Of a stretch of 64,000 bases of DNA, positions 47,560 through 55,663 are shown piece by piece. The notes under the pieces were generated by a model. It made no database searches. It saw nothing but the letters and a program-made list of their open reading frames with translations, and was not told the DNA's origin. The stretch is from positions 265,445 to 329,444 of the forward strand of contig CAWFMD010000003.1 of assembly GCA_963816975.1 (NCBI GenBank), read 5' to 3'. How positions within the stretch are numbered: the first letter of the stretch is position 1; each line of letters starts with the position of its first letter. The DNA comes from an uncultured Solirubrobacterales bacterium. GTDB taxonomy: Bacteria > Actinomycetota > Thermoleophilia > Solirubrobacterales > JBBDJG01. A program made the translations under genes and the position numbers.

Positions 47560-48627
47560 CTATGGGCAGCCCGACGAGATCTTGACGCGCCACCAGCCCA
47601 TCAGCATGCCGACCAGGCCGAGCCTGGGCGTCGAGTGATAGTGCCGGCAGCCGTCCTCACCGATGTCCTCGTTCGAAACGCGCCGCCACTTGTGGTCGGC
47701 GGGATCGGCGACCATCTCCTCGAGCGTCGCGCGCTGCTCGTCGTACCCCGCGGCGCGCCGGCGCTGGGCGTGGCGGATCTCCTCCACGCGAGCCGCGAGC
47801 TCGTCGCGCAGCGCCTCGAGGCCGCCGATGTCCAGCACTCGCGGAGCCCCTGAAGCTCCGACCCGCCAGTCGAAGTCGTCGCCGGGCCGAGCGGCCGCGA
47901 ACAGTGTGGCGAGGTCGCGCTCGAGCCGCGCGATCTGCGTGCGCAGGGTGCGACGCGCCGCACCTTCGTCGACCTCGATCTCGAACGGAGCGAGCGGCGC
48001 GGCCGCGTCCAGCCGCTGACGGATCGCGGATCGCGCCCGTCCGAAAGCCGCCGGGTCCTGGTAGAGCTGGAAAGCCCAGTTGGCGCCCATCCCCAGCGAG
48101 TGCAGCTCGAATGCCAGCTGGCGCGGGTCCACGTCGGCCGTCAGGTGGCCGGCCTCCTGCGCGTCCTGGATCGCCGCCTCCAGCGCCATCAGCCACTCGC
48201 TGATCATGCTCGCGACCTCGTCGCGGACCGCGCCGGGCCGCCCGTCGAACTCGAGCGACGCGGCGGAGAAGAAGCATCCGCCGCGAAACACCTCCCGCTC
48301 CATGTAGCCGAGCCAGGCGTCCGTCAGAGAGAAGATCTCCTGCACACCCCCGCCGACCCGCGCCGCGGCGACGACCTCCTCCAGGAACACATCGCGGGCC
48401 GCCTGGACGGTGGCCACCTGCAGATCCACCTTGGAGCCGAAGTGAGCGAACAGCCCGCTCTTGCTGACCCCCAGCTCGTCGGCCAGCCGGCCGATCGAGA
48501 GTCCCTCGAGCCCCTCGCTGGAAGCGATCTGGATGGAGTGGTCGAGGATCGCCTTGCGCGTGCGCTCGCCGCGTGCGCGGCGCCCGTCGGCCCTCTCCTC
48601 GCTCCCATTTCCGACCGCAGCTTCCAT
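47560..48627 (-). CDS. TetR family regulator with a C-terminal extension of about 145 aa of unknown family
   Basis: 355 aa. Residues 20-210 form the TetR fold (HTH LSIGRLADELGVSKSGLFAHFGSK). Residues 211-355 are a coiled-coil-like region ending GCRHYHSTPRLGLVGMLMGWWRVKISSGCP*. Confidence 0.75.
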   Translation of the reverse strand: MEAAVGNGSEERADGRRARGERTRKAILDHSIQIASSEGLEGLSIGRLADELGVSKSGLFAHFGSKVDLQVATVQAARDVFLEEVVAAARVGGGVQEIFSLTDAWLGYMEREVFRGGCFFSAASLEFDGRPGAVRDEVASMISEWLMALEAAIQDAQEAGHLTADVDPRQLAFELHSLGMGANWAFQLYQDPAAFGRARSAIRQRLDAAAPLAPFEIEVDEGAARRTLRTQIARLERDLATLFAAARPGDDFDWRVGASGAPRVLDIGGLEALRDELAARVEEIRHAQRRRAAGYDEQRATLEEMVADPADHKWRRVSNEDIGEDGCRHYHSTPRLGLVGMLMGWWRVKISSGCP

Positions 48628-48630
48628 GGC

Positions 48631-48680
48631 TTGCGCCGCAAAATAGCATATGAACGAACGATCGTGCGAAATTAATTCCC
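48631..48680. promoter_or_regulatory. AT-rich island with short palindromes upstream of the long TetR gene
   Basis: TTGCGCCGCAA (48631-48641, perfect), CGAACGATCGTGCG (48655-48668, 6/7 pairs) and GAAATTAATTC (48668-48678). This is the lowest-GC stretch in the neighbourhood. Confidence 0.3.
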
Positions 48681-48969
48681 AGGGCCGTTCTGCGGCTCCT
48701 GGAAGCCGGTTCTGCGAGCAGCGACGCGCCGATCGCCCCGCCCAGATCGCCCAGCGCCGCGATCCTCACGTCCGGCGGCACGGGCGAGCAGGCGCTGCGC
48801 AAGTGCATCGCTGTGCTGCAGCGCGCGCTCCCAGACGCCGCTGGTGAGCCGGTCGCGCCCCCTCTCCTCCATGATCTCGACAACCTCGAGCGCTTGCAGC
48901 GCTTCACCTCGCGCCGCGCGCGAACTCCGCATCGGTCGCGACCTGAATGTCGTGGCGCGCCGTCGTCAC
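48672..48969 (-). pseudogene. possible small CDS coupled to pgi, frame-disrupted, unknown function
   Basis: GTG 48969 overlaps the pgi TGA (GTGA). High-GC3 segments VTTARHDIQVATDAEFA / GEALQALEVVEIMEERGRDRLTSGVWERALQHSDALAQRLLA / DVRIAALGDLGGAIGASLLA / FQEPQNGPGN* lie in different frames. Confidence 0.3.
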
Positions 48970-50666
48970 GCCGACAGCGCCCGTGTGACGGCACCGCCGA
49001 CCGCGCGCAGCCCCGCCTCGACGTCGAGCCCGATGTGCAGCCGCAACGCGCGGCGCCCGCGTTCTGCCAGCACGGCGAGGTCGGCGCGCGCCTGCGCCGC
49101 CTTGACGACGCCGAACGAGTACCCGTCCCCCGGGATCTCGACGTCGATCACGTCGTCGCACGTGATCTGCACGAACACCCCGGTGTTGGGACCGCCTTTG
49201 TAGGCCTGGCCCGTGGAGTGCAGGAAGCGCGGCCCGAACCCGACGCACGTCGCGGCCCGCGTGCGGTCGCGCACGACGGCGCGGACCTCCGTGAGCGCCT
49301 GCTCGTGCTCCGGCGAGCGCTGGATGTAAGCGAGCAGCGCGACGTAGTCGCCCTCACGCACGCGGCCGAGGTGAGCCGCCAAGAGCGCATCGAGGGACCG
49401 GTGCGAGCCGAGCGCGTCGGCATTGCGCGCGTCCGCGTACACGGCCAGGCCCGCCTCCTCGAGCATCGGCTCGTCGGCCGGCAGCGCGCCTGTCTGCTCG
49501 TACTCCGCCGTGAGCTCACGCGTCCTCACCTTCGAGGCCTCGACGTCGGGCTGGTCGAACGGGTTGACGCCCAGCAGGGCGCCCGCGACGGCCGTCGCAA
49601 ACTCCCATACGAAGAACTGGCCGCCGAGGTCCAGGCGCTCCTGCAGCTCGATCCGCACCACCGGGTGCCCGGCAGCTTCGAGCGAGTCGAGCGCGGCGTC
49701 CTGGCGGGGGTCCGGTGCAGAGGTGAGCCGCAGGTACGCGAACAGCCGGTCCTCGCCGTACACCTGCGGCGCGCCCAGCGGTTCCCCCGCGACGGGGATC
49801 ACTCCCTTCCCGTCCTTGCCCGTCGACTCCGCCAGCAGTTGCTCGAGCCACGCTCCCAGGTCCGCGATCGCCGGCGACGCGACCAGGGTCAGCTTGTCGC
49901 GCCCGGCCAAAGCGCTTACGCCCACGACGGCGCCGAGCACCAGGCCGGGATTGTCCGCCGGGGCAGTGCCCGGGCCGCACTCCGCGGCCGCGCTGCGGGC
50001 ACGCTCGAGCATCGCGACCACGTCCACGCCGGCCACGGCGCCCGGAGCCATGCCGAAGCTCGAGAGCGCGGAGTAGCGCCCGCCGATCGTCTCTCGTCCG
50101 TGCAGCACCGCGCGAAAGTCGTCGGCGTGGGCGGCCCGCTCCAGCGCGGAGCCTGGATCGGTGATCGCGACGAACCGGCCGGCCGCCTGCTCCCCCACGG
50201 CCTCACGCGCCCTCGCAAGGAAGTACTTCTTCAAGATGTCCGGCTCGAGGGTCGAACCCGACTTGCTGGAGACGAAGAACAGGGTTCGCGCCAGATCGAC
50301 CGAGGCTTCCGCGGCGCGCACCTCGGCCGGGTCGGTCGAGTCCAGCACGTGCAGCGCCGCGCCGCCGTTTGCACCGCTGAAGGTCTCGGCAAGGACTTCG
50401 GGAGCGAGACTCGACCCGCCCATCCCGAGCAGCAGCGCGTGCTCGCAGCCTTCGGCTCGAGCCCCTTCGGCGAGACCGCGCAGCTGATCGACATTGCTCA
50501 GCTGCTCGTCCGCAACGTGCAGCCAGCCGAGCCAGCGCGACTCGTCGCCGCCCGTCCAGAGCGTCGCATCGCCATCCCATAGCCGCGCCACCTTTCCGGA
50601 CGTGCCCCAGTCCTCGAGCACCTGATGCACGCTCGCCTGCAGGGCGGGTGGGAGCGCGAGCCTCAC
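48966..50666 (-). CDS. pgi: glucose-6-phosphate isomerase
   Basis: ORF 48966..51167 trimmed to GTG 50666 (GTGA overlap with the upstream stop). ..LLLGMGGSSLAPEV.., ..FFVSSKSGSTLEP.. and ..GGRYSALS.. are SIS/PGI motifs. 566 aa. Confidence 0.85.
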   Translation of the reverse strand: MRLALPPALQASVHQVLEDWGTSGKVARLWDGDATLWTGGDESRWLGWLHVADEQLSNVDQLRGLAEGARAEGCEHALLLGMGGSSLAPEVLAETFSGANGGAALHVLDSTDPAEVRAAEASVDLARTLFFVSSKSGSTLEPDILKKYFLARAREAVGEQAAGRFVAITDPGSALERAAHADDFRAVLHGRETIGGRYSALSSFGMAPGAVAGVDVVAMLERARSAAAECGPGTAPADNPGLVLGAVVGVSALAGRDKLTLVASPAIADLGAWLEQLLAESTGKDGKGVIPVAGEPLGAPQVYGEDRLFAYLRLTSAPDPRQDAALDSLEAAGHPVVRIELQERLDLGGQFFVWEFATAVAGALLGVNPFDQPDVEASKVRTRELTAEYEQTGALPADEPMLEEAGLAVYADARNADALGSHRSLDALLAAHLGRVREGDYVALLAYIQRSPEHEQALTEVRAVVRDRTRAATCVGFGPRFLHSTGQAYKGGPNTGVFVQITCDDVIDVEIPGDGYSFGVVKAAQARADLAVLAERGRRALRLHIGLDVEAGLRAVGGAVTRALSA

Positions 50667-51676
50667 ACGGCCTCCGCGATCTTCACGAGCAGCTTGCCGG
50701 TGTTTGCGCCGGAGTAGAGGTCCATCAGCGCGGTCGGCGCCTGCTCGATGCCGGTGCGCACGTCCTCGCGGTGGCGCAGCCGGCCGTCCTCGATCATCGG
50801 AGTCAGCTCGGCGAACGCCTCGGCCGTCCGCGACAGGTAGTCGAACACCACGAAGCCCTCCATGCGGGCTCTCTTCACGAGCAGGTTCATGTAGTTGCGC
50901 GGACCGGTCGGGTTGTCGCTGTTGTAGTTGGCGATCGCGCCGCACAGAACGACCCGGGCGTGCATCGCGAGGTTGGCGAGGGCCGCTTCGAGGGTCGTCC
51001 CCCCGACGTTGTCCCAGAACACATCGATCCCTTCCGGGCACAGCTCGCGCAAGCGTGCTTTCACGTCCTCGGCCTTGTAGTCGATCGCCGCGTCGAGGCC
51101 GAGCTGGCCCGTGAGCCACGCGCACTTCTCGGGCCCGCCCGCGATGCCGATCGTGCGGCAGCCCCACGCGCGCGCGAGTTGCGCCGCCACCGAACCCGTC
51201 GCCCCGGCAGCCCCCGACACGACCACCGTCTCACCGTGCTGCGGCTGCGCGATCTCCTTCAACCCGAAGTAGGCGGTCAGGGTGGTGATGCCGAGCACGC
51301 TCAGCGGCCAGGTGAGTGGTGTGCCCACGGGCACGCGGTCGATCGACCAGTCGCCACCCGCGACCGCATACTCCTGCCACCCGAAGACGCCCACGAGCAG
51401 GTCGCCCTCCTCGTAATCCGGGTTGCGGCTCTCCACCACCTGCGCTGTGCACATGCCGCGCATCACCTCGCCGATCTCGACCGGTGGCACGTAGCTGCGA
51501 CGAGCGGTCATCCACGTGCGCATCGCCGGGTCAAGCGACAGGTAGAGGTTGCGGACCAGGAACTGGCCCTCCGCGATCTCCGGAACCGCCGCCTCGTGCA
51601 GCTCGAAGTGAGAGGGCTCGACCATCCCCTCGGGTCTCGCGGCCAGCAGCCACTGGCGGTTCACTTGCTGATTCAC
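50663..51676 (-). CDS. NADP-dependent medium-chain oxidoreductase (YncB/alkenal reductase-like)
   Basis: 337 aa with ..FLVRNLYLSLDPAMR.. and ..VVVSGAAGATGSVAAQLA.. Confidence 0.8.
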   Translation of the reverse strand: MNQQVNRQWLLAARPEGMVEPSHFELHEAAVPEIAEGQFLVRNLYLSLDPAMRTWMTARRSYVPPVEIGEVMRGMCTAQVVESRNPDYEEGDLLVGVFGWQEYAVAGGDWSIDRVPVGTPLTWPLSVLGITTLTAYFGLKEIAQPQHGETVVVSGAAGATGSVAAQLARAWGCRTIGIAGGPEKCAWLTGQLGLDAAIDYKAEDVKARLRELCPEGIDVFWDNVGGTTLEAALANLAMHARVVLCGAIANYNSDNPTGPRNYMNLLVKRARMEGFVVFDYLSRTAEAFAELTPMIEDGRLRHREDVRTGIEQAPTALMDLYSGANTGKLLVKIAEAV

Positions 51677-51742
51677 GCGCTCTCCTGATCGTCGTTCGGG
51701 GTAGGCGGTCCTGATTCGTCGTCGGCTACGCTAACCGAGAAG

Positions 51743-52897
51743 ATGGGGCCCGCACAGCTGGAGGCCGCCCGCGCGCTCGCACCGCTGCTGGCTTCGCACT
51801 CCCAGGAAGGAGAGCGGAACCGCAGACTCCCGCGCGAGGTGGTCGAAGCCCTCGTTGCCGGTGGATTCTTCCGGATGCTGGTGCCGTCCTCGCTGGGAGG
51901 CGCCGAGAGCGACCCGGCGACGTTCGTCGCGACGGTCGAGGAGCTTGCGCAGCACGATGCCGCAGCGGGCTGGTGCATCGCCGCCTGCGCCACCAGCGGG
52001 ATGGTCGCCGCCTATATCGACGAGGACGCGGCGCGAGAGGTGTTCGGCGCCGGAGCGTCGGTGTCGGGCGGCGCGTTTGCGCCGCGCGGCACTGCGCACA
52101 GCGAGCAGGACGACTACCTGGTGAGCGGCCGGTGGGCGTTCGCGAGCGGCATCGACCATTGCGACTGGCTGATGGGGGGCTGCACGGTGATCGAGGACGG
52201 CACCCGCAGGATGCTGGCCGAGGGGCGGCCCGACATCCGACTGGTGCTGTTCCCGCGCGCCGAGGTCGAGGTGATCGACACCTGGAACGTATCCGGGCTG
52301 CGTGGCACCGGGAGCCACGACATGCAGGTGCACGACGTGCGCGTGCCGCGCGCCCGTACGGCATCGTTGCTGGCCGACGAGCCGCTCGAGCACGGTCCGC
52401 TGTACGCGTTCCCGATCTTCGGGCTGCTCGCGCTCTCGATCGCGGGAGTGGCGCTCGGCATCGCGCGGGCCGCAGTCGACGCCCTCGTGGAGCTGGCCGG
52501 AGGAAAGACCCCCACCTTGAGCGCTCGCCGGCTCGCCGACCGCCCGGCGACGCAGGCGGAGGTCGCCCGCAGCGAGGCGGCACTGCGCGCGGCGCGCGAG
52601 CTGCTCTTCGCCGAGATCGAGCGCGGCTGGGCGCAGGCGCGCCGCAACGGTGGGGTGAGCGTGCCGGAGCGTGCCGCCCTGCGACTTGCCGCGACTCATG
52701 CGACGACCGCGTCCGCGCAAGTGGTCGACACGATGTACGCCCTCGGCGGCGGCACCTCGATCTACGAGTCGAGCCCGCTTCAACGCCACTTCCGCGATGT
52801 GCACGCAGCCACGCAGCACATGCTCGTCGCGCCGCAGACGTGGGAGCTGACCGGACGGCTGCTGCTGGGACTTCCCACCGATGCCGAACAGCTCTAG
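51743..52897 (+). CDS. acyl-CoA dehydrogenase-fold flavoprotein (type-2 / monooxygenase-like)
   Basis: 384 aa with ..FFRMLVPSSLGGAE.., ..WNVSGLRGTGSHDMQVHDVRVP.., ..LQRHFRDVHAATQH.. Confidence 0.8.
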   Translation: MGPAQLEAARALAPLLASHSQEGERNRRLPREVVEALVAGGFFRMLVPSSLGGAESDPATFVATVEELAQHDAAAGWCIAACATSGMVAAYIDEDAAREVFGAGASVSGGAFAPRGTAHSEQDDYLVSGRWAFASGIDHCDWLMGGCTVIEDGTRRMLAEGRPDIRLVLFPRAEVEVIDTWNVSGLRGTGSHDMQVHDVRVPRARTASLLADEPLEHGPLYAFPIFGLLALSIAGVALGIARAAVDALVELAGGKTPTLSARRLADRPATQAEVARSEAALRAARELLFAEIERGWAQARRNGGVSVPERAALRLAATHATTASAQVVDTMYALGGGTSIYESSPLQRHFRDVHAATQHMLVAPQTWELTGRLLLGLPTDAEQL

Positions 52898-53193
52898 TCG
52901 TGCTGCGTGATCTCCACCGGTAGCCCGTCGACAGCGAACGCGACCTCGTCCACGTAGCACCAGTTCCACTCCTCACCGGGCTCGAACGAGTGCACTATCG
53001 GGTGACCGGCCTCGGCCGCATGCTTGCTGGCGTGCCGGTTGGGTGAGGAGTCGCAGCAGCCCACCTCGCCGCACGTCAGGCACAGGCGCAGGTGCATCCA
53101 CCTCGCTCCGATCGCCATGCACTGCGAGCACCCCTGCGTGCTGCTCGGACTGACGGGCTCGATCTGGTCGAGGTGGTCGCAGATGTCAGCCAC
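52894..53193 (-). CDS. UBP-type zinc-finger domain protein
   Basis: 99 aa with the Cys/His pattern CDHL..CSQC..HLRLCLTCGEVGCCDSSPNRHASKH. Shares a CTAG stop-stop overlap with 51743-52897. Confidence 0.7.
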   Translation of the reverse strand: MADICDHLDQIEPVSPSSTQGCSQCMAIGARWMHLRLCLTCGEVGCCDSSPNRHASKHAAEAGHPIVHSFEPGEEWNWCYVDEVAFAVDGLPVEITQHD

Positions 53194-54052
53194 GCCGGTC
53201 GCTCCTCGTCATGCGTTCGATCAGCCGGTCGAACCAGCGGTCCGGCAGCACGGTGGCCAGCAGGGCCATGATCCGTGTGCGCGGGCCGACGAGGTAGCGC
53301 GTCTTCGGCTTGTCCGAGGTGAGCGCGTGAGCCACCACCACGGCCACCTCGTGCGGCGGGATCGCCTCCTTCATCCGCTCCTGCGCCCCGGCGCGCGCGC
53401 CGGCGATCGCTCCCCCGTAGTGCTCCTCCGCCCGGGGCATACGCTCCAGCAGCTCGTCGGCCTTCGTGTTCCCGCGCTCCCAGATCTCCGTCGCAATCGG
53501 CCCTGGCCGCACGATCGAGACCTCGATGCCGGCGGGCCGCAGCTCGCGCCGCAGGGAGTCGGTGAGCCCCTCCATCGCATGCTTGGATGCCGCGTATGGC
53601 CCCAGCAGCGGCAGCGCAACCCGGCCGCCGATCGAGCCGATGTTCACGATCCGCCCGCGGCTCGCACGCAGCATCGGCAGGAATGCCTGCGTGACCGCGA
53701 CCTGCCCGGTGAGGTTCACCTCGATCTGATGACGGAACTCGTCCATCGGCAGGTACTCGAGCGGCCCGGGCACGGCGATGCCGGCGTTGTTCACGAGCCC
53801 GGCGATGCGCCCGCCGGTCGCCTCCCGCACGCGCGCGGCCGCGGCGTCGATCGAGGCCTGGTCGGTGACGTCGATCTTTACGGGCTCGATGCTCCCGTTG
53901 CCGGCGGCGCTCAGCCGCGCGGCGTCCTCGTCGCGGCGCACCCCGGCGAACACCTGGAATCCCAGTGCGGCGAGATGCCGCGCGGATGCGTGCCCGATGC
54001 CGGTGGACGCACCGGTGATCACCACGGCGCCGCGGGTGGGAGGCGCTGCCAT
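53186..54052 (-). CDS. short-chain dehydrogenase/reductase
   Basis: 288 aa with VVITGASTGIG and YAASKHA motifs. Confidence 0.85.
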   Translation of the reverse strand: MAAPPTRGAVVITGASTGIGHASARHLAALGFQVFAGVRRDEDAARLSAAGNGSIEPVKIDVTDQASIDAAAARVREATGGRIAGLVNNAGIAVPGPLEYLPMDEFRHQIEVNLTGQVAVTQAFLPMLRASRGRIVNIGSIGGRVALPLLGPYAASKHAMEGLTDSLRRELRPAGIEVSIVRPGPIATEIWERGNTKADELLERMPRAEEHYGGAIAGARAGAQERMKEAIPPHEVAVVVAHALTSDKPKTRYLVGPRTRIMALLATVLPDRWFDRLIERMTRSDRRG

Positions 54053-54103
54053 GTGGCGAGAATACCGAGCGGCGGTTGCCCCGGGGGCGTCCGTGGAACG
54101 AGC

Positions 54104-54871
54104 CTACGCCCGCAGCTTGTATCCACGTGAGAACAACCGCAGGTTCACGGCGAAGAGGGCCGCCGTCGCAAGCGTGAGGAGGAACAGGGAGAGCGCGACG
54201 TTGGCCTCGGCGTACCCGAGAAAGCCGTATCGGACGAGAGCGATCATGTAGTAGACCGGGTTGAAGTGGGTGATGGTCTCGAACGGCTCAGGGAGCAGGG
54301 ACGCGGAGTAGAACACGCCGCCCAGGAAGATCAGCGGCTGGAGCACGAACGTCTGGGCGATCGCGACGTCGTCGAACTGCTCGGCGCGCACGCCGATCAG
54401 CACTCCGAGCTGGGCGAAGAAGAACCCCACGAGGAACAGCGCGGGAAGCAGCACGAGGATGTGGTCCACCGGCAGGTCCACGAGAAACGAGGCGGCGGTG
54501 AACGTCAGCACGGAAACCACCAACCCGCGCATGAAGCCGCCGAGCGAGAAGGCCAGCAGCAGCTCCAGCGGCGAGGCCGGCGAGGACAGCTGGTCCTGGA
54601 TCGCGCCCTGGAACTTCTGCTGCAGAATCGAGGAGGAGTTGTTCGAGAAGGCGTTGATCGCCCAGGCCATCATGATCAGCCCCGGAATCACGAACACGAC
54701 GTAGTCGATGCCGTGCAGCTTGTCGATCCGCGAGCCGAGCGCCGCTCCGAACACCGAGATGTAGAGGAACGTCTCGAGCAGAGGCGCTCCGATCGTCTGC
54801 TTCTTGATCTTCATGAAGCGGTTGACCTCGCGCCGCGAGAGGGTGAAGAAGCGAATCTGGGCGGCGCTCAC
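54104..54871 (-). CDS. ABC-2 type transporter permease
   Basis: ORF 54104..55117 trimmed to GTG 54871 (VSAAQIRFFTLSRREVNRFMK..). GTGA overlap with the ATPase stop. Multiple TM segments. Confidence 0.8.
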   Translation of the reverse strand: MSAAQIRFFTLSRREVNRFMKIKKQTIGAPLLETFLYISVFGAALGSRIDKLHGIDYVVFVIPGLIMMAWAINAFSNNSSSILQQKFQGAIQDQLSSPASPLELLLAFSLGGFMRGLVVSVLTFTAASFLVDLPVDHILVLLPALFLVGFFFAQLGVLIGVRAEQFDDVAIAQTFVLQPLIFLGGVFYSASLLPEPFETITHFNPVYYMIALVRYGFLGYAEANVALSLFLLTLATAALFAVNLRLFSRGYKLRA

Positions 54872-55644
54872 GAGGCGAGCTCCTCGACCTCGACCCGCGA
54901 GCGTGAGAGCTCCTTGCGCCCGACCAGCGCGAGGTAGGCGTCCTCGAGGTTCGCGACTCCGTACTTGGCCGCCAGCTCGCCGCTCGATCCCTGCGCGATG
55001 ATCTGGCCCTCGTTGATGAAGGCGATCTTGTCGCACAGCTGCTCGGCCTCTTCCAGATAGTGCGTCGTCAGCAGGATCGTGGTCCCCTCCTGGTTGATGC
55101 GCTGGACGTAGTGCCACAGCTCCAAGCGCAGCTCGATGTCGACGCCGGCGGTGGGCTCGTCGAGGATCAGCAGGCGGGGCCGGTGCATCAGGGCGCGGGC
55201 CAGGATCAGCCGCCGCTTCATCCCGCCGGAGAGCGTGCGGGTGCGCTCGGCGCGCTTCTCGCGGAGCGAGAAGATCTCGATCAGCTCCCTGGCGCGCTCC
55301 CGGCGCTCGCGCTTCGGCATCCCGAAGTAGCCGGCGTGGTAGTCGAGCGTCTCCTCGACCGTCAGGAACCAGTCGAGGTTCAGCTCCTGCGGCGCCAGCC
55401 CGACGGCCTGCCGGGCCTCGCCATAGTCGCCGATCGCGTCGTGGCCGAAAACCTGGATCGCTCCGGAGGTCGGCTGCGCGAGCCCGGTCGTGCAGTGGAT
55501 CAGCGTCGACTTGCCCGCCCCATTCGGGCCCAGCAGCCCGAAGAACTCCCCGTCGTCGACGTCCAGGGACACGCCTTTCAGCGCCTCGACCCCGGTCGGG
55601 TAGCGCTTCGTCAGATCCTCGATGTGCAGGGCCTTGTCGCTCAC
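54868..55644 (-). CDS. ABC transporter ATP-binding protein
   Basis: ORF 54868..55740 trimmed to GTG 55644 (VSDKALHIEDLTKRY..). Walker A GPNGAGKST, signature LSGGMKRRL, Walker B LLILDEPTAGVD. Confidence 0.85.
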   Translation of the reverse strand: MSDKALHIEDLTKRYPTGVEALKGVSLDVDDGEFFGLLGPNGAGKSTLIHCTTGLAQPTSGAIQVFGHDAIGDYGEARQAVGLAPQELNLDWFLTVEETLDYHAGYFGMPKRERRERARELIEIFSLREKRAERTRTLSGGMKRRLILARALMHRPRLLILDEPTAGVDIELRLELWHYVQRINQEGTTILLTTHYLEEAEQLCDKIAFINEGQIIAQGSSGELAAKYGVANLEDAYLALVGRKELSRSRVEVEELAS

Positions 55645-55663
55645 GGTCCTGCGCAACGGTAGC

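Noticed and set aside
50667-51167. Possibility that ORF 48966..51167 (733 aa) is a bifunctional transaldolase-PGI
   Set aside because: The extra N-terminal 167 aa are Arg-rich, show no transaldolase motif, and overlap the well-supported oxidoreductase gene. A GTG at 50666 with a GTGA overlap gives a normal-length PGI.
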